Source: Polyangiaceae bacterium (GTDB taxonomy: Bacteria; Myxococcota_A; Polyangia; Polyangiales; Polyangiaceae). Taken from it: DNA of 64,000 nucleotides. The notes below the pieces were generated by a model. That model had not been told where the DNA came from. It saw only the letters and a list, made by a program, of their open reading frames with translations, and did not search any database. This document shows, piece by piece, positions 1-9,232 of the stretch. The stretch spans positions 448,001 through 512,000 of the forward strand of contig CBDCTZ010000016.1 of the NCBI GenBank assembly GCA_965222375.1, read 5' to 3'. How positions within the stretch are numbered: the first letter of the stretch is position 1; every line of letters starts with the position of its first letter. Both the position numbers and the translations under genes were made by a program.

Positions 1-375
1 GAAACTCTGGCAGTTGGCCGGGTTGCAGGAGCCGCCGCCACCAGTGCCAGCGACGGCGCCGGTTCCGGCGCCACCACCCGTGGCTCCAACGCCGCCAACG
101 TTGCCCGTACCGCCGACGTTGCCTGTGCCACCGACGTTACCCGTGCCGCCAACGTTACCCGTGCCGCCAACGTTACCTGTGCCACCCACATTGCCGCTAC
201 CGCCTGACGAGGCCGGCGCTTCGCATAGATTCGTCGAGGGGTTGCACACTTGCCCACTGGGGCAGGCTCCTCCGTCAGCGCAAGATGCGGCGCCTCCGCC
301 GCCCCCGCCACTGCTGCAGGCGATGCCCGCGGCAAGAAGTACTAACCCCCGAAATCCCATCACCAAGCTATGCAT
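1..375 (-). CDS. Gly-rich lipoprotein, N-terminal part; runs off the window edge
   Basis: Minus-strand ATG at 375 gives MHSLVMGFRGLVLLAAGIAC (lipobox-like), then a Gly-rich linker with GGTGNV repeats. The Pro-rich plus-strand ORF 14..388 is its antisense shadow. Confidence 0.7.
   Translation of the reverse strand, partial: MHSLVMGFRGLVLLAAGIACSSGGGGGGAASCADGGACPSGQVCNPSTNLCEAPASSGGSGNVGGTGNVGGTGNVGGTGNVGGTGNVGGTGNVGGVGATGGGAGTGAVAGTGGGGSCNPANCQSF
85..200. repeat. Imperfect 18-bp tandem repeat (about 6 units) encoding GGTGNV
   Basis: ccaccgacgttacccgtg-like units repeat directly in the sequence. Confidence 0.8.
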
Positions 376-427
376 GGCCGCTGCTTAGCGCGTCCACGGA
401 AAGAGTCAACCTAGCGGGGTCGAGGCT

Positions 428-671
428 TGGACATTCTGGCGCGACGACGGAAGCAAGCTCGAAGCCAGCGAGCTAGTCAACGGCGAGCGTCACGGAGAGG
501 TGACCCGCTGGCACCCCAACGCCGTGCGCGAGATGGTCGGTCAATTCGTCAAGGGCAAGAAGTGGCAAGTGGGTCTACTTCGAAGAGGAAGAAGGCGAGC
601 CGATCCGCGAGGAATACTATAAGGCGAACAGGAAGCTTCGAACCGTCAAGCTCCGGCGCAAGAAGAAGTAG
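428..671 (+). pseudogene. Remnant of a MORN_2/YwqK-type repeat protein
   Basis: Translates WTFWRDDGSKLEASELVNGERHGEVTRWHPNAVREMVGQFVKGKK, then a frameshift near 563, then GKWVYFEEEEGEPIREEYYKANRKLRTVKLRRKKK*. No in-frame start after the upstream TAG at 386. Confidence 0.6.
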
Positions 672-691
672 TAGTTGCTCGAGGGGTGGAC

Positions 692-1450
692 TCAGCCGCC
701 CGGGCAAGTGAGCGTGGCGTTCCCGCTCGAGTCTACCTTGCAGAAGCCACCGCAGGGTTTGGTCTTCAGGCACTCGCAGGGCGTGGGTGAGATGCATTGC
801 GCTGGGAATTCGCCGCAGCTGAAGGTGTCTGGGATGCCGCCCACATCGGAGATTTCGTGAATGCAGTACTGGGAGCCCTTCTTGCACGCTTTCGTTCCAC
901 AAGCGAAGAACCCCGGCGCCGCTCCGCAACTGTCCAAGCTGATGTCCTGCCCACTTGCGTAGGCCGCACATTCATTGCCGGCTTCCTTGCCTTCGCAAGT
1001 GCAGACCGGATCATAGAGAAGGTCGCAGCCTTGGGGTCGAGGTTTGCAGCTACCCGCTTGCCCCTTACCGCAGAGGTTGTCGGGGTAGTCGCAGTATTCG
1101 GTTTTCGAGCACGGCTTGTCCGGCGTACAGCCGGTCGGGCTGCAGCTGCCCGAAGGCGGAAAACTGGAGCCACTGGGGCACTTGGGCATGCCGTTGTGGT
1201 CACAGGTGGGATCGACGGCATTGCCGTTGGCGTCGCAGCACGGGACCAAGCTTGTGCATTGAATGGGGCCCCCGCCGACGCCGGATGTTCCCGAGGTGCC
1301 TGACGCTGCGCCATTGCCTGACGAGCCGCCGCTGCCGGCGGAGCCACCATTGCCCGCTGCGCCGCCGTCGGAGGTCGAGGAGCCGCCACAGGCGGGGATC
1401 GCCAGAGCCAAGGCCATGCTGGTGGCCGCCATGAGTGCCAAACGCTGCAT
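692..1450 (-). CDS. Gly-rich, Cys-rich lipoprotein with Kazal-like motif
   Basis: Signal peptide with lipobox IPAC, Gly/Ser linker, and Kazal-like CDLLYDPVCTCEGKEAGNECAA. Confidence 0.75.
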   Translation of the reverse strand: MQRLALMAATSMALALAIPACGGSSTSDGGAAGNGGSAGSGGSSGNGAASGTSGTSGVGGGPIQCTSLVPCCDANGNAVDPTCDHNGMPKCPSGSSFPPSGSCSPTGCTPDKPCSKTEYCDYPDNLCGKGQAGSCKPRPQGCDLLYDPVCTCEGKEAGNECAAYASGQDISLDSCGAAPGFFACGTKACKKGSQYCIHEISDVGGIPDTFSCGEFPAQCISPTPCECLKTKPCGGFCKVDSSGNATLTCPGG

Positions 1451-1575
1451 GAGCTTTGGCTCTGCAATGCGCGTGCCGCACTTTCCGCCCGAGATCCACC
1501 GAAGTAGCCCGCGCCCAGTGTGCCAGCTGAGCCAAAGCCTGGGTCGCGGTGTCGTGTCTCGCGGGGCCGCGTGAG

Positions 1576-2268
1576 TCAGTGAAACAACAGCGGAATGACC
1601 AGGTGCCCAGTCAGGTGCGCCGTAATGATGAATGCTGGTGACAGTTTGAAGTAGAGCACGCTCATAACGACCCCTGGAAACGCAAACCGTGTCGCAAAAT
1701 GGCGAAGCTGAAATGCTCCGGCGTCAGCTCCCAATTCGTGCGAGGTAGCGAACGCGAGACCCGTGACGACGATGGCGACGGCAATGGCGACCGAACGCGA
1801 GAGCCGCGGCCTGAGCGCGGCGTAGCCGAGCGGCAAGAGGATCAGTCGGAATACGACCTCTTCTATGAGCCCGGCAGACAGACCAAGCAGCAAACCGGGC
1901 TTTGAAGACTCCTCTGGCGGAATGAACCCCGGCAACTGCTCACCGACCATCAAACGGATCATGCCCGCGATTGCGCATGCGCAGACAGCACCACCAGCCG
2001 CCCATGCCGCCGCTTGTTTCAGCTCTCGACCACCTGGTCGTCGGCGGGCAATCCAAGCCGTCACCGTCAGCATCGCCGCCAGGGGCACGACCCAGGGCCG
2101 CCCGTCAAAGAGTCGGACGAGAGGATCTGCTGCAGCCAGCTGTTCCGTTCCGAACTGCGTGGTGACGCCGAGCGCAGCCAAGAGCAGGGTGAAGGGCAAC
2201 GCCAAGATGGCCGCTGCGCTCACGTCCGCCGAACTGGGGGCTTCGACTCGCCGCGGCTCGTCTTGCAT
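1576..2268 (-). CDS. CPBP (Abi/CAAX protease-like) intramembrane glutamic endopeptidase
   Basis: Multiple TM helices; motifs EEVVFR, FATSH and AHLTGH. Confidence 0.8.
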   Translation of the reverse strand: MQDEPRRVEAPSSADVSAAAILALPFTLLLAALGVTTQFGTEQLAAADPLVRLFDGRPWVVPLAAMLTVTAWIARRRPGGRELKQAAAWAAGGAVCACAIAGMIRLMVGEQLPGFIPPEESSKPGLLLGLSAGLIEEVVFRLILLPLGYAALRPRLSRSVAIAVAIVVTGLAFATSHELGADAGAFQLRHFATRFAFPGVVMSVLYFKLSPAFIITAHLTGHLVIPLLFH

Positions 2269-2288
2269 TGCAGCGCGCCCGACGGGCT

Positions 2289-3212
2289 TCAGTACTTCTC
2301 GGGCACGAAGGTCTGCTCTGCCATCGGTGGACGCACGTAGCCCATCTCCTTGGACACCGAGTCGGAACGGTGAACCTCCCTCGGCTCGAGTTTGATGGGC
2401 GCCGGAGTCAGATCCTCATACGGAATCATGCTCAAGAGGTGGCCAATGCAATTGAGCCGGGCGCGCTTCTTGTTGTCGGCGTTGACCACGTACCAAGGGC
2501 ACTGCTTGATGTCCGTGTGGGCGAACATCTCGTCCTTGGCCTTGGAGTACTCCACCCAGCGACGGCGAGATTCGAGATCCATCGGGCTCAGTTTCCAGCG
2601 CTTGGTTGCGTCATCGACTCGACCCTGGAAACGCCGCTCTTGCTCCTCGGGGCTGACGCTGAACCAGTACTTGATGACCTGAATGCCCGATCGAACCAAC
2701 ATGCGCTCGAACTGCGGGCAGGAGCGCATGAACTCGGCGTGTTGAGTCTCGGTGCAGAAGCCCATGACCCGCTCGACGCCGGCGCGGTTGTACCAGCTGC
2801 GGTCGAATAGAACCATCTCGCCAGCCGCCGGCAGATGCGCGACGTAGCGCTGGAAGTACCACTGCGTTTTCTCGCGCTCCGTCGGTGTGCCGAGCGCGAC
2901 CACGCGACAGATGCGTGGGTTTAGGCTCTCCGTGATGCGTTTGATGACGCCGCCCTTTCCCGCCGCGTCACGCCCTTCGAAGACTACCACCACCCGCAGC
3001 CCCTTCTCCTTGATCCACTCTTGGAGTTTCACGAGCTCGATTTGCATTCGAGCCAGCTCTTTCTCGTAGAGCTTCGTCGTCAGCTTCTTGTGCTTGGTGT
3101 TGTGGTTTTCAGCGGTAGCGACATCCGGTGTGTCGCCTTCGACTCTCTCGTCACCGGCTGCCGCCGAGGTGGCCTCCTTGTTCTTGGCTTTCTGTTTGTC
3201 CTTCTTGCCCAT
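2289..3212 (-). CDS. ppk2: Polyphosphate kinase 2
   Basis: FEGRDAAGKGG Walker A, FDRSWYNRAGVERVMGF, WKLSPMD, DNKKRARLN. Confidence 0.97.
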   Translation of the reverse strand: MGKKDKQKAKNKEATSAAAGDERVEGDTPDVATAENHNTKHKKLTTKLYEKELARMQIELVKLQEWIKEKGLRVVVVFEGRDAAGKGGVIKRITESLNPRICRVVALGTPTEREKTQWYFQRYVAHLPAAGEMVLFDRSWYNRAGVERVMGFCTETQHAEFMRSCPQFERMLVRSGIQVIKYWFSVSPEEQERRFQGRVDDATKRWKLSPMDLESRRRWVEYSKAKDEMFAHTDIKQCPWYVVNADNKKRARLNCIGHLLSMIPYEDLTPAPIKLEPREVHRSDSVSKEMGYVRPPMAEQTFVPEKY

Positions 3213-3298
3213 CTGCGCACCTCGGCTTTCAGTCGAGCACGCACCCTAGCCCTCCCCCAACAGCGTGTCATTGCCGCTCAGATGAGCAGGGGATGGGC

Positions 3299-3455
3299 GC
3301 CCAAAGACCGCGCAGTGTCACCACGGCTGATCGTGGAGTGGGGTTTGGGGGTCGACGCGCTTGTGACGCGCTTCGCGATGCCCGAAGGGGCAACACCCGA
3401 AGGGGTGAGCACTGCGCGGCTTTGGGGCACTAATCTCGCGGCTTGCCGCGAGGGG
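3299..3455. repeat. Multi-branched intergenic palindrome, member of a dispersed REP-like family
   Basis: Arms gcccaaag-accgcgcagtg-tcacc (3299-3322) and ggtga-gcactgcgcgg-ctttggggc (3404-3428); inner CCC-GAA-GGG hairpins; shares gtttgggggtcga and ctaatctcgcg with 23942-24076. Confidence 0.65.
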
Positions 3456-3475
3456 CGACTGCGTTCAGTACGTCC

Positions 3476-4285
3476 CTATCGTCCCTCAGCCTCCGCAATC
3501 GCGCTATCGACGAGCTTGCGCAGGTCGGCTTCTGGCCACGCGCCGTTGACACGTCGACCGTTGATGAAGCTCGTGGGCGTGCCCGTGACCCCCAGGCGTT
3601 TCGCCAAGGCCTTGTCGGCGTCGAGACGCTGGCCCAGTCGGCCGGAGGCCAGAGCCTCGCGAAAACGCGCGAGGTCGAGCCCTGCCTCCAAAGCAAACTC
3701 CTCGAATTGCTCTTCGTTCAAGCTGCATTGGTTGCGGTACAGCAGCTTCGAGAACTCCTTGAAGCGCCCCTGCTCGCTAGCGGCAAGCGCTGCTCTCGCA
3801 GCGGGCCGAGCGTTCTCATGCATTGGCAGTGGCAGGTTGCGCCAAACAACGCGCAGCTGCTGTGGGTAGTCACGCTGAAGGGCGGCCAGGCGCCTGTCCA
3901 GCTTGGCGCACCAGGGGCATTGGTAGTTGGTGAAGACGACGAAGTTGACGGGCGCGTCGTCAGGTCCCACTGCTGGAGCCGTGTCTGCCTGCAACGCGCG
4001 CACGTCATCTTCGGGAAGTACTGTGAGGGACGCGTATTCAGGCCGCGGTTTCGTCGCTGTGGCCTGTTTGAGTTGTGGATCCGGGCTCGGGAGCGCTGCG
4101 TTGGCCGGTGGCGCGGGCGGTGTAGTAGTGACCGCGGCGACCGGGTTGGCTTTCGGCGCCGCAAGCGTCGGCTCCGCCGCTAGTTCGGCCTCGTGTTTGT
4201 CTGGGTTGTCCGTTTCGTTGGGTGAGCTGCAGTGAGCGAGCAGTGGCAAACAGATGAGCGGAATCAGATTGATTGCTGAGCGCAT
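3476..4285 (-). CDS. DsbA-family thioredoxin-fold lipoprotein
   Basis: Lipobox LAHC, CPWC active site, NLPLPMH and GVTGTPTSFINGR. Confidence 0.9.
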   Translation of the reverse strand: MRSAINLIPLICLPLLAHCSSPNETDNPDKHEAELAAEPTLAAPKANPVAAVTTTPPAPPANAALPSPDPQLKQATATKPRPEYASLTVLPEDDVRALQADTAPAVGPDDAPVNFVVFTNYQCPWCAKLDRRLAALQRDYPQQLRVVWRNLPLPMHENARPAARAALAASEQGRFKEFSKLLYRNQCSLNEEQFEEFALEAGLDLARFREALASGRLGQRLDADKALAKRLGVTGTPTSFINGRRVNGAWPEADLRKLVDSAIAEAEGR

Positions 4286-4357
4286 GAGCGGTCTCCTTGA
4301 TGGGTCAACGTGTGTCGACGATTTCGTCGACTACAAGTGACGCCCGTGTCGCTTGAG

Positions 4358-5026
4358 TTACGATCCGCTATCGCAAATCGCACCGCTGGGGTGCGCGACG
4401 CAGGAAGACTGTTCGCCTGACGTGAACCCAGCGGCGCTCGTGGGCTGCGCAGCAACATCGCGAGAGTCGGTCCAGCTCGCGCCTGACACGCTCGCTGCTG
4501 AAACGCCGGGATGTCGAGACTCGCAGACTTCGTCGATCGACTCCGAGTAGGAAGCTGGAGTGAAATCTTGGTGGGCGAAGGTTATTTCCGCCGGCGCGGC
4601 TAGGTAGTGGTCGCCCACCGTCGTCGCTGCGTGGGGTTGACCACCCGCCGCCGCGCCATCCATTGGGAAGATGGTTTCGCGGCCGTTGGCGACGAGCAGC
4701 AGAATTGCCGCCGCCGCCGCTAGCCCGCTGGCCATGGGCCACCACTTTCGCTTGGTGCTCCCGGTCTCTTCCTGCGGGGTGGGCACCGCTTGACGAACCG
4801 CTCGATAGCGTACGAACTCTCGAAACTCGGGTGGCGCGAGAGGCTCGCGCTGCGCGCGTTCGCTGAACAAGCGCCGCTCCGCACGAAGCCAGGCGAGTTC
4901 ATGCTTGCAGGGTGGACACGCGGCTGCGTGCCGCGAGATGAGAGCTTGGCGCGTGGATGAGGCTTTGCCGAAGATGACCTCATCCAGGTCATCGGCCTCG
5001 AGCTGTTGGCTGCAATGGTCGCTCAT
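4358..5026 (-). CDS. Zinc-binding (ZAS) transmembrane anti-sigma factor
   Basis: HAAACPPC (HxxxCxxC), one TM segment, ATGA overlap with the ECF sigma stop codon. Confidence 0.8.
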   Translation of the reverse strand: MSDHCSQQLEADDLDEVIFGKASSTRQALISRHAAACPPCKHELAWLRAERRLFSERAQREPLAPPEFREFVRYRAVRQAVPTPQEETGSTKRKWWPMASGLAAAAAILLLVANGRETIFPMDGAAAGGQPHAATTVGDHYLAAPAEITFAHQDFTPASYSESIDEVCESRHPGVSAASVSGASWTDSRDVAAQPTSAAGFTSGEQSSCVAHPSGAICDSGS

Positions 5027-5604
5027 TCGCGTCCTCCGGCGTGATGTTCGGCCAGTATCGAGCGCAGCTGTAGGCGTCCCCGGTGCACCTCGACTTTGGC
5101 CTTGGCGACGCTCCAGCCCATACACTCTGCAATGTCCGAGTAGGAGAGTTCATGATCGACTCTCAAGAGCAGTGCGGCGCGGCGCTTTTCTCTCAGTCGA
5201 CCTAGCGCAGTCGAAATGATTCGTTGGGCCTCCCGACCGAGCAACATGGCCTCAGGAGTTAGTTCATCGATTTCGGAACAGGGCTCTCTGGCTGGCGCCC
5301 TGCGGGCGCGCTTGCGAGTTCGAAATAGTTCGAGACATACACGTCGGGCGATTCCGAAGAGCCAGGGGCGCAATCGGTCCGGGTCACGCAAGTCGTCTAG
5401 CAATCCGAACGCCCTGAAGAAGGTCTCCTGGGTGGCGTCAGCGGCGTCGCTCTGGTTGCCCAGCATGTCGCGCACGAAGCGATGAATGGCGTGCGCATGG
5501 AGCTCATAGATGGCTCGCTGCGTCGCAGGCACAGCCTCCTCGACTCGTGGAGCGGGCACGGGCGAGGCTGGCGCGTGCGCGCGATTCGTCTCCCCTTCTG
5601 GCAT
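5023..5604 (-). CDS. ECF-type RNA polymerase sigma factor
   Basis: Region 2 DAADATQETF...WLFGIARR; region 4 LSYSDIAECMGWSVAKAKVEVHRGR. Confidence 0.92.
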   Translation of the reverse strand: MPEGETNRAHAPASPVPAPRVEEAVPATQRAIYELHAHAIHRFVRDMLGNQSDAADATQETFFRAFGLLDDLRDPDRLRPWLFGIARRVCLELFRTRKRARRAPAREPCSEIDELTPEAMLLGREAQRIISTALGRLREKRRAALLLRVDHELSYSDIAECMGWSVAKAKVEVHRGRLQLRSILAEHHAGGRE

Positions 5605-5796
5605 GGCTATCCATGCACGCTGCAATGCGTTCGTTAGCCCCACGTGTGACCCTGGGGGTAAGTGACGTTCAGTCGCCGTCGGTTACACGGTAGGACCAAC
5701 TTTTCCCCTGCCCGCCCAACAGTCGGTGGGGGGAGGTATTCCCGGCTCCGGGTATTTGGGCGCTACTTCGTGCTCACTGCACGTCGGCTGCGACGA

Positions 5797-6597
5797 TTAG
5801 ACACAAAACCCACCGACACAGGTTCGGCCGTTCGGGCACGGGTAGCCCGGCGCGCAGCTGCGGCTGCAGAAGCACATCGCACCACTCATGGTGTTGCTGC
5901 CGCAGGTCCGCTGGTCGCCGAAGTCCGGATTGCACGAGCCGTTATCGTCGTAGACCGCGTGGCACTTGCCGCCTCCGCCAGCGCAAATAGCGGTGCAGGT
6001 TTGGCCCGGGTCGCCGTCATTGGGATCGTTGTCGATGAAGATCCAGCAATCGTCTTGGTTGACAGAGCAAACCTGCAGCACGCCCACCTGGCCGCCATAC
6101 AAGGTGCTGCAGGAGGGTGGCGGGCCGGTGGTTCCACCGGTGCCGCCCGTCGACCCGCCGGTGCCCCCGGTCGACCCGCCGGTGCCCCCGGTCGACCCGC
6201 CGGTGCCCCCGGTCGACCCGCCGGTGCCCCCGGTCGACCCGCCGGTGCCCCCCGTTGCGCCCCCAGTGCCGCCGGTTGTTCCTCCAAAGCCCCCGGCGGT
6301 GCCCCCAGCGCCTCCCGTCGTTCCCCCGGCGCCGCCGGTCGCTCCCCCGGACCCTGCGCTGCCTCCCGCGCCTGCAGTTCCCGAGCTGGCGGCGACTCCC
6401 GCGACGCCTCCGCTGCCCGCAGTGAGGCCCATGCCCCCGCTGCCGCCACTTGTCACGACTCCGGCGCTTCCGCCTGCCTGGGCGCCCGCCGAGCCTCCGG
6501 GCTGGGCGGAGCCTCCTCCACCTTCTTCATCCAGACCGCACGCAACGAGCAGCAGCATGCTCGCTGACGTGACGAGAGCGGTCGAGAATCGGGCCAA
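5797..6597 (-). CDS. Gly-rich lipoprotein with Cys-rich C-terminal domain
   Basis: Lipobox LVAC, GGTGGST repeats, Cys-rich tail. Confidence 0.75.
   Translation of the reverse strand: MARFSTALVTSASMLLLVACGLDEEGGGGSAQPGGSAGAQAGGSAGVVTSGGSGGMGLTAGSGGVAGVAASSGTAGAGGSAGSGGATGGAGGTTGGAGGTAGGFGGTTGGTGGATGGTGGSTGGTGGSTGGTGGSTGGTGGSTGGTGGSTGGTGGTTGPPPSCSTLYGGQVGVLQVCSVNQDDCWIFIDNDPNDGDPGQTCTAICAGGGGKCHAVYDDNGSCNPDFGDQRTCGSNTMSGAMCFCSRSCAPGYPCPNGRTCVGGFCV
6139..6252. repeat. 21-bp tandem repeat ggtgcccccggtcgacccgcc (4 perfect units plus degenerate flanks)
   Basis: Direct repeats at 6160, 6181, 6202 and 6223. Confidence 0.9.
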
Positions 6598-6638
6598 GGT
6601 AACTTACTGTATCACGGTGTGGTGCTAACCTGCGCCCG

Positions 6639-7953
6639 ATGGATAGATCTCGGCTTCGACTGCGCTTTCTGATTGCGGTGGGGCCCGGCGCTGCGGCCTG
6701 CGCCTTTTTCCGGCTGCGCCCGCAACGAACCGGCGCGCACGGCGCACTCGCCTGCCCAACCACAACCAGTACATGTCCCACCGAGCAGTCCATCGAACCC
6801 ACAGTTCACTACACCTCCCGGGCAACCGACTGGGAGCCCCGTTGCCGCGACGGTGGATCCGCCGCCGCCGCATCTTCCGCCGAGGCCTCCAGGTCAGCCT
6901 GCCGCGCCGCCAGCGCCGCCAAGTGCGTGGCAAGTGAGCTACCCGCTGCAAGGCGGCCCCTCCTGGTGCTCCCAAGGCACCGTGCGCTGTCAGCCCGCCC
7001 GCGACACGCCTCCGAATGGTGCGAACCTGCAGGGGTGTCCATCGGGTATCCAGGTGGCTTGTGGCTGCACACCTAGTTCCGCCTGCATGGATCCGAATGC
7101 CGCGTGCAACGCGCCGCTGCATGCCGGAATGACGCAGCAAGAGCGTCGTCGAGATCGCACCGCATGCTGCTACGACTTGCCCCGCCATTGCTTGCCCCCC
7201 AATGCTGGAAGGGCGTTGCGGGTTGATGGGGAGCTCGCCTTTGCTGGCTCCGAGCCCCGCGCAGACTGGGACGGTGGAGATCCTCCCGCAAAGGCGGATG
7301 ACGTCATCAACGCCGACCCCGAAGCTGCGGGTCTGCCCCGCGTGGAGCATCTCGATGCAGCGCAGCGCGAGCAACGCGCCGAGCAGTGGTGCAAGATGGC
7401 TGCTTTCGAGCACGCATCCGTGGCGTCCTTCGGACGGGTCTCACTCCAACTGTTGGCACTGGGTGCGCCTCCGGAGTTGCTCGAGCAAACCCACGAGGCC
7501 GCTCTCGACGAGATCCGCCACGCTCGCTTGGCCTACTCTCTGTCTTCGGCCTTTTCCGCGCGCGCCGAAGGGCCCGGTAAGCTGCCGGCGGCGGTGATCA
7601 AGCTGCCTGAGACGGACATCGTCAGCTTTGCCAAAGAAACGTTCTTGGACGCCTGCGTCGAGGAGACGGTTGGCGCGGTCGCCGCCCGCAGCGCGGCCGC
7701 GACCGAGTCTGATCCCGTCGTGCGCAGCGTGCTCTTGCGCATCGCCGAGGACGAGGAGCGCCATGCGGAGCTCGCGTGGCGAACCTTGGCCTGGGCCGTT
7801 GGCGTCGGGGGTCAGCCCGTACTTGCCGCCCTGGGCCAAACCCTGGATCAGCTCGAAAAAGGCGCCCCCACAGACGAAACACGAGCCCAGGTGCTCGAAC
7901 TTCTCGTCCAGCCCTGCGCCCGCGCTCTGCTGGAAAACCCGCGCGAAGCGTGA
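6639..7953 (+). CDS. Myxobacterial ferritin-like domain lipoprotein, with apparent +1 frameshift in the T5 run at 6705-6709
   Basis: EHASVASF, LDEIRHA, CVEET and IAEDEERHAELAW di-iron motifs. The leader MDRSRLRLRFLIAVGPGAAACAF joins SGCARN if one T is removed. Confidence 0.8.
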
Positions 7954-8000
7954 CGTGCTGGGATTGACGCGACGATCGCGCTCACGAATCCGTCGCATCG

Positions 8001-8198
8001 ATGCCACTCGTCTCTAGCGGCAGGTGGCTGCGCACTGGGAACGGCGCGTCCATCACCCTCAATACCGTACTAGCCGTTGCGAGTGACGGTGCGCGCGGCA
8101 TGGACGCGTTCGTCGCGCGCCATACGGCCGCTGGCGCACACGCGGTGAGCATCATGTTCAACCCTGGAGCGACCGGAAGCGTGAACATCATCGGCTGA
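8001..8198 (+). pseudogene. Possible beta-propeller (SBBP-like) repeat remnant
   Basis: GMDAFVARHTAAGAHAVS resembles DAFVAKYDxxGxxxWS repeats; short and isolated. Confidence 0.3.
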
Positions 8199-8215
8199 AT
8201 ACGGATCCAGCCGCC

Positions 8216-8743
8216 CTAGCGACGCGACCCCAAACCATCCACGGCGTACAGCACACATGGATAGTCTTCAAAGTCGATCTTCTTGACGAAGTGCATGCCG
8301 CTCTTCGTCGCAACACGAATGGAAGCCGCGTTCTCGGGGTCGATGATCGCGACGAGCCTCGAGAAATCGAAGCTGCGGAATCCATGATCTCGAATGGCGC
8401 AGACGGCCTCGGTGCCAAGCCCTTGGCCCCAGACCTTTCGAGACAGCATGTACGCGATCTCGACTTCGTCTTTCCCTTCGATGACCTGCGGCAATAGGCC
8501 ACAGCGTCCAATGAATCGGCCGTCGGCCCTTCGTGTCACCGCCCATAGGTGGTAACCGAGGCGCTCGTAGTACTCTTGGCTGGCGCGGATCTGTTGCGCT
8601 GCTTGTAGTCGCGTCCGTGTGCTTTCGAAGTAGTGCATCACCTCCTGATCCGCATACAGCGCCGCCAAGTCGCCGAGGTCGCTGTCGCAGAGCTCGCGAA
8701 AGCCGAGTCGGGCGCTTTCGAAGATGGTGCGCGGCGTCGGCAT
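8216..8743 (-). CDS. GNAT N-acetyltransferase, RimJ/RimL type
   Basis: FESARLGFR, FIGRCGL, VEIAYML, WGQGLGTEA, IDPENAASIRVATKSGM. Confidence 0.9.
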   Translation of the reverse strand: MPTPRTIFESARLGFRELCDSDLGDLAALYADQEVMHYFESTRTRLQAAQQIRASQEYYERLGYHLWAVTRRADGRFIGRCGLLPQVIEGKDEVEIAYMLSRKVWGQGLGTEAVCAIRDHGFRSFDFSRLVAIIDPENAASIRVATKSGMHFVKKIDFEDYPCVLYAVDGLGSRR

Positions 8744-8748
8744 GATGT

Positions 8749-9195
8749 CTAGCCGTCCATGCGCTCGTCGGTCTTGCCGCGGTGCTTGGGTAGGCCATCG
8801 AGATCTGACAACCAGGCTGCACGCTCTTCGTAGCTGACATGCGCTGATGGTTCGCGGTCCAGGTCGTCGTCGAGGGCGCCGACGGCGACGTACATGCGAT
8901 CGACTTTGGGCTGCTCCGGGTGACCCTCGGCGGTTGCCCGGTACAGGGCGGAACAGCCGCAGGTGCCGCAGAAACCCCACTCGATGCAATCCGACGAGCG
9001 GTACCACGTGATCAGCTCCTCGCCTTGAAGCACGCGGAACCGCTCCTTGGGCACCGACGTCCAGGTTACGAATGCGGCAGCATGGGAGCGGCGGCAGGAT
9101 TCGCAGTGACAATGCGCGCAGAAGTCCGTGGGCGGAGTTAGCGCAAACTGAATGGAACCGCAGAAGCAGCGGCCTCGGATTTCTTGGGTCCCCAT
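8749..9195 (-). CDS. GFA/CENP-V family Zn-binding protein
   Basis: GRCFCG, CHCESCRR and FCGTCG motifs. Confidence 0.92.
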   Translation of the reverse strand: MGTQEIRGRCFCGSIQFALTPPTDFCAHCHCESCRRSHAAAFVTWTSVPKERFRVLQGEELITWYRSSDCIEWGFCGTCGCSALYRATAEGHPEQPKVDRMYVAVGALDDDLDREPSAHVSYEERAAWLSDLDGLPKHRGKTDERMDG

Positions 9196-9232
9196 GCCGG
9201 CGGTCTAACCCGACGCACGCACATCGCCAAGC

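Noticed and set aside
14..388. Pro-rich ORFs here and at 5966-6628, 34808-35563 and 45089-48342
   Set aside because: Antisense shadows of Gly-rich lipoprotein genes that carry signal peptides on the other strand.
1576..2268. Myxosortase-substrate pair
   Set aside because: Neighbouring proteins are N-terminal lipoproteins with no MYXO-CTERM-like C-terminal tail.
6139..6252. CRISPR-like array
   Set aside because: Contiguous 21-bp coding repeats with no spacers and no cas genes.
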